The position numbers and the translations under genes were made by a program. Source: Anaerohalosphaeraceae bacterium (GTDB lineage Bacteria; Planctomycetota; Phycisphaerae; Sedimentisphaerales; Anaerohalosphaeraceae). From it: 64,000 nt of DNA. Each line of letters starts with the position of its first letter. Position 1 is the stretch's first letter. The notes beneath the pieces are model-generated. The model searched no databases. It worked only from the letters and a program-made list of their open reading frames with translations, and had not been told where the DNA came from. Below are positions 47,439 through 56,113 of this stretch, piece after piece. Where the stretch lies: the NCBI GenBank assembly GCA_963675525.2, contig CAXXSL010000020.1, forward strand, positions 96,001-160,000, in the 5' to 3' direction.

Positions 47439-48464
47439 CTAACGTGATTGATCTTTATGACGATGAGCCCCACTGAGGTGTACCGCCATGCCCGGAACAG
47501 AGGCAAAAACCCATGTCAGACGCTGGCAAAGGGCCAGTGCGATTACCGCCTCTTTGTCCGCTCCCGTAAATTGGACAAAAAGGAGCACCAGTCCTCCTTC
47601 CAAAATGCCGAGTCCGGCGATACTGACTGGAATCGTTCCGATCACCCAAATCAGAGGGAAAAAGACAAAATAATACCGTAACGGTGCCGTCATTCCCAAA
47701 TCCCGACCGATCAGCCAGTACGACAAAATCACCATACTCTGTAAAAAAATAGTCACTGTAAGCCCAAACATCAAAATCATCGGGTGATGATAATAAACTA
47801 AAACAACCTCTTTGAACTGATTGAATAGATGGATAACATGGACATAAAGCTTTTTGAAAATGCCTTTCAGGTCAAAAAATCCACCCAAAACAAAAGCAAT
47901 ACCCGCTATAATCATGATCGACAGCAACATCTGATGGGCTGATATGTGGTGTTTCTCAAAAAACTCCGTCAGAAAGCCGGAACTCCTGCGATTGATTTGC
48001 AGAACACCCTGACCTCGCATAAACAGGAGGTAACTCGTTATGGCCAAAATAAAGGTCGAAGCCAGCCCCATGACACGATCCACAAGTACCCCCAAAGCGG
48101 CCTGGAGCTTTTTATGGCTGTAACGGGAAACATACCAGGCACGGATCAGGTCGCCCCCGACCGCACTCGGCAGAAAATTCGTGAAAAACTGCCCGAGAAA
48201 CGTTAATTTAATCGCCATAAATAGGGGAATTTCTATTTTTTGTGCCCGCATAAACACCCACCAGCGCAAGCCGATCAGGCATAACCCTCCGGCGAATACC
48301 AGTGATGCCAGTACCAGCAGTGAAATGTGAAGCTTCGAGAAAGTCTCCCCCAACTCGGCAAAATCAAGATCCTTGATAATAAGCCAGCAAGCGAGAACCG
48401 CTATACCAATGCGGAGAACCAATGACAGGTAAGAACGCTTCTTTTGTTTTTCGTTATCAGCCAA
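47439..48464 (-). CDS. UPF0104 / lysylphosphatidylglycerol synthase TM-domain protein
   Basis: RW, FLPSAVGGD..R, DR, PVSIAGLG..E. Confidence 0.85.
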   Translation of the reverse strand: MADNEKQKKRSYLSLVLRIGIAVLACWLIIKDLDFAELGETFSKLHISLLVLASLVFAGGLCLIGLRWWVFMRAQKIEIPLFMAIKLTFLGQFFTNFLPSAVGGDLIRAWYVSRYSHKKLQAALGVLVDRVMGLASTFILAITSYLLFMRGQGVLQINRRSSGFLTEFFEKHHISAHQMLLSIMIIAGIAFVLGGFFDLKGIFKKLYVHVIHLFNQFKEVVLVYYHHPMILMFGLTVTIFLQSMVILSYWLIGRDLGMTAPLRYYFVFFPLIWVIGTIPVSIAGLGILEGGLVLLFVQFTGADKEAVIALALCQRLTWVFASVPGMAVHLSGAHRHKDQSR

Positions 48465-48580
48465 AGATTGTTTTCCAAAAAGTCTTGTTTTTGTATAAGA
48501 TAACGAGTAAAAGTGGCCTCTGCAACAGAATTGTGTGCTGAGTTTTTGGTATTTTGTATCTTATTTATAGGAGTTAAATC

Positions 48581-48994
48581 GTGGCTGCAAATAAGGAAAT
48601 CGAGGAAGGTCTCGGCTTTGTGCCGAAATTTGACGCAAACGGACTGATCACCGCCATCTCACAGGATGCCGACACCGGCGATGTGCTGATGGTCGCCTAT
48701 ATGAATGACGAAGCGCTGAAGCTGACGCTCGAAACGGGCAATGCGGTATTTTTCAGCCGGAGCCGTCAGAAGCTGTGGAAAAAAGGCGAAGAGTCCGGCC
48801 ATGTTCAAAAAGTGCAGCAAATACTCGTTGATTGCGATCAGGACTGCCTGATCCTCAAGGTCACCGTCGATCAGGGCCAGTGCCACGTCGGCTATCAATC
48901 CTGCTTCTACCGTGCCGTCAAAAAAGATTCCGGCAGTGAATTAGAATTCATCGCCGAAAAAGTTTATGATCCCAAGGAAGCCTATAAAAAGTAA
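48581..48994 (+). CDS. hisI: Phosphoribosyl-AMP cyclohydrolase
   Basis: [27 protein letters not shown]. Confidence 0.96.
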   Translation: MAANKEIEEGLGFVPKFDANGLITAISQDADTGDVLMVAYMNDEALKLTLETGNAVFFSRSRQKLWKKGEESGHVQKVQQILVDCDQDCLILKVTVDQGQCHVGYQSCFYRAVKKDSGSELEFIAEKVYDPKEAYKK

Positions 48995-49149
48995 GTAACA
49001 AAAGCCCGAAGCGCAAGCGCAGGGGACGGATGACGCTCGTAAAAGCATAAAGCAATGCAAAAGCGATCATGCGTCCAATGTCACCCCGGCCTCAGAGCCG
49101 CGACAGTAATGGAGCGGGTATTCACGGGCGGACTTTAATGGAGCAAATT

Positions 49150-49653
49150 ATGTTTTATAAGAGTTTAAATGGAAAATGTCAGTTTATTATAATTACCCTC
49201 TCCGTCCTGGCATTGACTGCGGCCGGATGCGGAAAAAGCCAGAACGGCCTCGCAAAAACCGCAAAAAACACACAGAAAATTGCCAAGTTCCAGAAATGCT
49301 GCGCCCTCATTAAGGACCAGACGGTCATCGGCGACATCGTGCTCGACGGAGATACATGGGGCAGGCGAAGAACCGCTCTGGACTATGTCACCGACCCGGT
49401 CGTGCTGGAAAGGATTATCACCTCAACCAAGGAATTTGACATTGGTTCCTTCGCGCAGGATCGCCTCGATGCGATCAGGAATGGAACGCCTCTCGAAGAT
49501 GTCTCGGTCATAAACTGGGTTTATTTTGACAAGACCGGAAAACCAACACACGTCTCAAAGGCCAAAAAAGCAACCTGGGACCAGTGCATGGCATCCGTCG
49601 GAAAAAAACTCGACCCATCGGACATCAAAGACTCCAGACAGCCGGTAAAATGA
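49150..49653 (+). CDS. Hypothetical lipoprotein
   Basis: GGAG RBS before ATG 49150; lipobox-like AAGC after a hydrophobic stretch. Confidence 0.6.
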   Translation: MFYKSLNGKCQFIIITLSVLALTAAGCGKSQNGLAKTAKNTQKIAKFQKCCALIKDQTVIGDIVLDGDTWGRRRTALDYVTDPVVLERIITSTKEFDIGSFAQDRLDAIRNGTPLEDVSVINWVYFDKTGKPTHVSKAKKATWDQCMASVGKKLDPSDIKDSRQPVK

Positions 49654-49899
49654 TGCTATCGCCTTGTGCCAGCCACTCGCATTAGTTTTAAGGTTTTGAG
49701 TTCGTAGTTCTTAGTTGTAGAAAAACCTTCCAGAAGCTGGCATTTTGGGTGGGAATTGGGTTGTAGATTCGCTGACGAACTCAAACCTGGGGCGTGTTGC
49801 GATCATTTTATAGTCTTGTGAGTTCCCACAACACCCAGGTGATTCTTGAAAGGTGTCTGACCTTAGATTCTCACGGATTGGGTTCACAGAATATGTCAT

Positions 49900-52404
49900 T
49901 CCACATAATATTTCGCTCCCCATAACCGATCACATGTCTGTCACATGGATTTAGTCTTTGTTAACATGAAAAGCCTATAACAAGCAGTCCCAGGATATTA
50001 TTCGAATCTTGATTTTCTAGGAATAGTAGCGGCATATTTTCAATCAATCGTATGGCAGACCCTCATTAGTTCGTCGCATAGGATAGCCACCTATATAAGA
50101 TCGCATCTATTCATGGACCAGAAAGAATTTCTATCCAGCTTTGTCTCCACAATACCCAATTGGCCTTGTTTTTGCTATTTTCTCCTCATAGGTATACCTT
50201 GAATAGATACTCAAATTTCCTTCTGTATTTTCATGAAGTGCTAAGACCATATATGCATTCTTCCATCAGGATCACTTTCTCTTTATCTCAAGGAAGATTT
50301 GCGTCTTCCAGCAAACCTCTTTTAATTTAACAGTCTATTATCGCCTTGAATATTGTATATTCATAGACAACTTTAATAATGTATCAATAATTGCTTCTGA
50401 TTTTACGCATCGATTAGGCTTATAAATACATCCCCGTCAAATTCTTTGATCACCAACATTAAATCCAGTTTTCTAAATAAGATAGCAATCTATTTCATCC
50501 GAGCGTAGATGATTGAAGTAACTTCAGATTGAAATCCCTGATCTTCGGGATAAATAGTGGATAGTTTGTGATTCAATCCGCGAAGATCACATTGCCGATT
50601 ACAAGTGCACTAATAGAGGATCATGAAGCAGCAAGTTCTTCTATCTTACCGTTGACTATAAGAGACCTATCTTCAATAAACTCCTTGAAAATTGCTCCCA
50701 TTATAGAACCAACTTCTTCGCATAAACTCCTGTTGGATATCCAAATCAATTAGCGAGCTGTCAATTTTGTCATTGACCCCCATGCTCTTTGTTCATATAC
50801 TCGTGTTCGAGATTTCTGGGCCACTGCAGACCTTTTATCTATCTATTCCTTGGAATGAACTCAAACAATAAGCTCATTGAATTGCTCCTTTCTGAAATTT
50901 TCAGGAGCCCCTCTTGGTACCCTCCTTGTAATCATTCCTGATTTCATTTCCACAAGAACTTGCAAATTTATTTAATAGACAATGGTAAATCATTATCAAT
51001 ATCTTATCTGTCCTCTATGCGTAAACCATTCGCTTCCAGGAGAATAGATTTTGAGAAGTATTCTATATAGATTCACCGTTTTTTTCTGCAAATCTTCGAT
51101 TTAATTTTCAAACAAGATTATAAATTGCCTTTTCATTTGCTTCATCTTCAATAATTGTTCATTCTAATTTGCAGGATAAAATATGGTAATTCTATCTAGA
51201 TGACCAAAAATAATCTTTTTGGCAATTTTCGAATTTCTAGCGAATGACAGATTTCTTAAAATCCATGCAAGCTCTTTAACAGCTTATTAGCTCTCCAAAA
51301 CGGCTCTAAAAGACCATTTATCGAAAAGAATGCGTACTTTTTCAAGTGCTTATCTCTTTATCCTGCCAAATTTTATCAACAAGATCAGTTATATAAGGAA
51401 ATGTATGCATATGTTTTCACTTGCTTGTAGATCAGACTTTCAAACTAGTCATTAGCTTAAGCTTTCTGGAATCGGTCTTCAGAGGGCATATCGCAGTAGA
51501 TCTTCGAACTATCCCCAGATAGATGCCAATGTTTTCAGGATCAAACTTGCTTTGCTTTGCATAATATCTGACCAACCTTTCGGTAATCCTCCTAGTCAGA
51601 TCCCTGACTTTCAAATATAGTGATATATTTAATCTTTCTTGATCTAGTTCCTAACAGAAGCTAATTTTGATAGTCAATTAACTTCCTACAATGTGACAAT
51701 CCATCCGTTGGCAAGCTCAGTAATCTCATTTTTTTTTGCTAAGTCTTTCGTAATGCTTTTCATCTGATGGTAATAGAGCCGAGAATTCTCTTACTGCTAT
51801 TGTTCTGAAATGTAGTTTACTCGCGTGGTCATCTTTATAATCGAGCATGCTTTTCGATACTATCAATCTCAAAAAACTTGCCCAAGCTAGTCCTATTTCG
51901 ATATGACCAAGAATGTAATTTCTTCATGTAAAGGTTTGACAGAGAGGCTTATCGTTCTTGTATAAATAAGACGTGAAAAGTCAATGGTTCTAAAGAAAAT
52001 TCAGTAGAAGCTATCAATAGAGTTCCATTTAGCTTAAAATCAGATAATCCCTTTGGGACAAGTTAATAATATATAGCAATGAAAGATAACAGTTATATCA
52101 GAAGAATATTCTAATGCATTTTTCTATCAACGGGAAGCTTTCCGTTCAACCGGCTGTTTATCCTTTTTAGGAAGATCAAGTGCTTAACACAATTTGCTAT
52201 TCTTTGCTCCACACTCACTTGCTCATTACTGTCATAAAACAAGTCCGGCATTCGTGAATAAATCCATCCGTTTAACGTTGGCTGGATTTTGCCAGTATTC
52301 TTTCGATCTGTTTTAAAATATGTTCGTGGCGATTCATAGTTTTTTAAGGTACTCAAATGATATCATTTCTTTTACTGGTCTTCTTTACTCCTTTTTTTGC
52401 TCAT
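49900..52404 (-). pseudogene. Heavily decayed large gene, possibly a NERD-like PD-(D/E)XK protein (bounds approximate)
   Basis: AT-rich, no long ORF. Protein-like minus-strand fragments (YYHQMKSITKDLA; LVEMKSG..RRVPRGAP; DEID..KTGFNVG) broken by many stops and shifts. Confidence 0.5.
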
Positions 52405-52423
52405 TATCAGTCATATCCAGAGA

Positions 52424-52703
52424 AAATTAAAAGGGTCAGACACCTTTTTCTCCCCTTCTGCCATTTTCAATTATCAGATATTTCTCTATCGCTGTCATGA
52501 ATATATTTAATGCCATATTTTTCTTCTGGCTTTAGCCCAAATTCCCAGTTCTTTGATACAAGCTTTTTAACTTCTGGGAATTCTTTCCAAGAAGATTTTA
52601 AACTATTTGTGGAAGAAGGTTATGAAATCCGTTGAAAAGAACCGTGGATAAATTAAGGGGTCAGACCCTTTTTTGACATCCCTTCTGTCATTTTCAATTA
52701 TCA
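52424..52703. repeat. Two imperfect ~53-bp direct repeats (52424-52476 and 52650-52703)
   Basis: Shared AAATTAA.GGGTCAGAC..CTTTTT...CCCTTCTG.CATTTTCAATTATCA. Confidence 0.85.
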
Positions 52704-53124
52704 AACCCAATGCGCATCAATATCGATTAACCTTAATAATTATAGCCGCGGCAAAAGCCGCTTCCTCAATTCAAAATACCAATCGACAATCGTCCATCGT
52801 CATTCGACAATTGCCAATTCCCTCTACCCTGTTTCGCGTGAAAAACCGATGAAGCACCTCAAAGCTGCCCCAAATTATACCGGACAATTACCCCCCATAA
52901 CAGCAAAATTCCCAAAAAAAAACCAGCCATCTGGAAGAAATCCACAATTCATAATTTAAAATTAAAAATTCATAATTAAAAGTTTGACATTCACATAACT
53001 TCTGCTAAAATATACTAAATTTAATACCATCCTCATAATGAGTGCAAAAAAGAAGGAAATTCCACCCCGCCCACTTTTTGGAATTTAGAGTTTGGAAATT
53101 GGAACTTACGACGAAGGAGTCATT

Positions 53125-53817
53125 ATGTCTACGCAAGCACAAATCGAAGCAAACCGCAAAAACGCCCAAAAATCCACCGGCCCCAAAACCCCGCAGGGAA
53201 AGCTCATCGCCTCAAAGAATTCAACCACCCACGTCTCACCGCCGATCATGTCATCATTGACAACGAGGACCGTGAAGAATTCAACAGCCTCAGCGCCAAA
53301 ATGCTAATAGACCTCGCTCCGGCCGGCCCCCGTCGAACAGATGCTCGCCGAGCGCATCATCGCCCTCACATGGCGCATAAAACGCGCTGAATGGATGGAG
53401 TCCGGCGTACTCAACGTACTCAGCAACAAAGGCGATGTAGTGGCCCGTATCGACCAACAGCAGCAGCACCGAATCCGCCCGTCGGAAATTCGTGATCTTT
53501 CCGACACCATGAATGCGGCTCTCCATACAAACCGGCCGAAAAAATTCAGCGCCGCCGTCAACAAACTCGCCGCCCTGCTGTCCCCCAACGTTGATGCACC
53601 CACGAATACCGTGCTGGGCTGTATTGCGATAGAAGATTTCAGAGAATCGAACATCCTCGAACGGCTCCTGCGCTATCAGGGCCAGATCGAACGCAGACTG
53701 TATAAAGCCATTCTCGAACTCCGCAAAATCCAGGCCGTTCCGCAAAAAAGACGAAGCGATCTCTCCCGACGCCGCACAAACACAAAAAAAACAAAACGAA
53801 GCCATTTTCAAACTTAA
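53125..53817 (+). pseudogene. Hypothetical protein of the MSTxAQIxANRxNAQKSTGP family with two compensating frameshifts
   Basis: AAGGAG RBS. One base missing near 53232 and one extra C near 53330; correcting both gives a continuous frame. Confidence 0.7.
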
Positions 53818-54222
53818 CGAAATCGCTATGAATGAGTTTCTAAACAGCTCTAACGACACTAATGCCTATTGCCCATTGCCTATTGCCTGTAATTCGAACC
53901 CAATCGAACCCAAACCAAAGCCAATTTAACCCCCAAGTACCCCCTACTCGCGCAAGCCAATTCCAGCCCAAAATCGCCGATTTAGCGTTTGAAAAATAAA
54001 AAATCCCGCTTTTTGACCCCGCCAACCCCAAAAAAAACAAACCCAATTGAAGCCCCAAGTAGCACCTCGACGCAAATGCATTATACCGCACTCAAACCCC
54101 CCAACGGAGCCAACACCGCAGTTTTTAATAGCGCCACGCAAACCCAACCAAACCCAATAAATGTCATCCCGGACCCCGATCCGGGACAAACCCAATACTT
54201 ACCTCGCTTTTAAAAAAATTAT

Positions 54223-54250
54223 TGAAACAGCCGGGATGGTGCTGCGTCTA
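54223..54250 (+). promoter_or_regulatory. ECF-type promoter
   Basis: TGAAAC-N16-CGTCTA upstream of the TM2 gene. Confidence 0.6.
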
Positions 54251-54292
54251 TCATTTTAAAGAGAGGATTAAATTTCAGAAAAGGCGCGTTCC

Positions 54293-54517
54293 ATGACGGA
54301 TTACAGATCAGAAAAAAGCGGCATTGCCTGCTTGTTATTCCTTCTGCTGCTGGGAAATTTCGGATTTCACCGGTTTTACGTCGGTAAGATCGGCACGGGG
54401 TTTCTTTTTTTGATCACCATCGGCGGTCTCGGACTCTGGTGGCTGATCGATCTGATCCTGCTGGTTAGCGGCGCCTTCACAGACATCGATGGTTACGCCG
54501 TAACGCTTTCGAATTAA
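54293..54517 (+). CDS. TM2-domain membrane protein
   Basis: LG.FGFHRFYVGKIGTG..ITIGGLG.WW.IDLI. Confidence 0.92.
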   Translation: MTDYRSEKSGIACLLFLLLLGNFGFHRFYVGKIGTGFLFLITIGGLGLWWLIDLILLVSGAFTDIDGYAVTLSN

Positions 54518-54590
54518 GAACTCGCTTCTGCTCTATCGGAAAGCGCTTATTATGTCGCCCCTTCGGGGCTCAATACGAAAAGCAATCCCA

Positions 54591-54884
54591 TTTTCCGGGG
54601 GCTTACGCCGCCCGGCTAAGTGACTTGCGGCCCTTTCAGGGCCTGCGGAGGGAAGGAGGTGTGAAGCCCCATTTTCCGGGGGCTTACGCCGCCCGGCTAA
54701 GTGACTTGCGGCCCTTTCAGGGCCTGGGAAGTGAAGCAGGTGTGAAGCCCTCTTTTCCGGGGGCTTACGCCGCCCGGCTAAGTGACTTGCGGCCCTTTCA
54801 GGGCCTGGGAAGTGAAGGAGGTGTGAAGCCCTCTTTTCCGGGGGCTTACGCCGCCCGGCTAAGTGACTTGCGGCCCTTCGGGGT
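54591..54884. repeat. 81-bp tandem REP/BIME-like array (~3.6 copies)
   Basis: Units start at 54591, 54672, 54753 and 54834. Each has hairpins CCGGGGGCTTACGCCGCCCGG and GGCCCTTTCAGGGCC (the latter altered in copy 4). Confidence 0.92.
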
Positions 54885-54904
54885 TGAGGAGGCGCGACTA
54901 TCTC

Positions 54905-55066
54905 CCCCGGGTTTCGGTCGCCCCGGATCGGTGTCCGGGGTGACATCCCTTGCTCCCTGCACCCGGGCTATTGTTATTCAAGCCCCATTCGACTTCGCTC
55001 AGGGCAGGCTCTTCGGGCTTATGAAAATTTTCTGTTTAAATCCGCGTGGGCACGGCCCACCCTACG
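54905..55066. repeat. Cluster of nested REP-like hairpins and a GTAG-type REP
   Basis: 54921-54946 is an inverted 23/26 copy of 54161-54186; CATTCGACTTCGCTCAGGGCAGG; minus-strand GTAGGGTGGGCCGTGCCCAC. Confidence 0.75.
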
Positions 55067-55188
55067 ACAAAAGTTTTTTTCGGCTTTATGGGAGCCTTTT
55101 TCGTCGATTGTTCGTCATATCAATTGATTTTTCATGCCCTTATGTCATATAATACAGGTTTATAGAATCGAACCACGGCTAAGACATT

Positions 55189-56113
55189 ATGCAGACAGAC
55201 AACCCTAATCCAGTTGGTATTATCTTTGACATAAAGAAATACGCCATTCACGATGGTCCGGGCATCCGCACCACCGTGTTTTTTAAAGGGCTGCCCCATG
55301 CGCTGCGTATGGTGCCACAACCCTGAAAGCTGGTCCCGGCGGCCGGAACCGATGTTTCGCGTGAATCGCTGCCTTCAATGCGGCCAGTGTGTCCAACTTT
55401 GCCCGCAACATGCCGTTCAATTCGCAGGCAGCCTGCCTCAAACCAATGGGGACAAGTGCACCCGCTGCGGCACCTGCATTCCAACCTGCCCCGGTCAGGC
55501 CCGGGAAATCGCCGGCCGGACCGTTACTGTCGAAGAAGTCATTACGGAAATCGCCAAAGACCGCGTTTTTTATGAAGAGTCAGGCGGAGGCGTCACTTTT
55601 TCCGGCGGTGAACCCCTGATGCAGCCTGATTTTCTCCTTGACCTGTTGACTCACTGCAGGCAGCAAGGCATCCATACGGCAATCGATACCTGTTGCTTTG
55701 CACCTTCGGCTGTTCTGGAAAAGGTCATCCCTGCTGCCGATCTTTTTCTGTGCGACGTCAAACATATCAATGCGGATAAACACAAGCAATATACCGGGGT
55801 TGAGAATCGGCTCATTCTTGAAAATCTCCGTCTTTTGACCGATGCGGATTGTCCGGTAATCGTTCGTATCCCGGTCGTACCCGGGTTTAACGATACCCCC
55901 GAGGAAATCACCGAGATTATCAGTTATTTAAAATCGCTGAATAATATTCACCAGATCGATCTTTTGCCGTATAATAGCGGCGGTGTCTCAAAAGCCCAGA
56001 GACTGGGCAAGCCCGGTATGATCATTAAAGAGCAAAGGCCCAGCGAAACCGTTATGCGTACCCTGGCCGGATGTGTCAGAGAGTGCGGATTTAAAACAAC
56101 AACAGGCGGATGA
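55189..56113 (+). CDS. Glycyl-radical activating enzyme (radical SAM) with an apparent +1 frameshift near 55279-55290
   Basis: [11 protein letters not shown] in one frame, [14 protein letters not shown] in the +1 frame; two ferredoxin motifs; [10 protein letters not shown]. Confidence 0.9.

Noticed and set aside
49001..49028. Single REP-like motif AAGCCCGAAGCGCAAGCGCAGGGG after hisI
   Set aside because: One imperfect copy in the window; repeat status cannot be supported from this sequence alone.
49711..49923. 70-aa minus-strand ORF
   Set aside because: No recognisable motif or clear RBS; may be the tail of the decayed region.
49660..52750. Integron cassette array or prophage
   Set aside because: No integrase, attC-like paired R boxes or phage genes recognised.
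54591..54884. CRISPR array
   Set aside because: Linkers are nearly identical rather than unique spacers, the repeat is ~54 nt with two hairpins, and no cas genes are present.
54533..55152. Repeat-protein ORFs 54533-54946 (-) and 54625-55152 (+)
   Set aside because: By-products of the 81-bp GC-rich repeat; no convincing RBS or protein-like composition.
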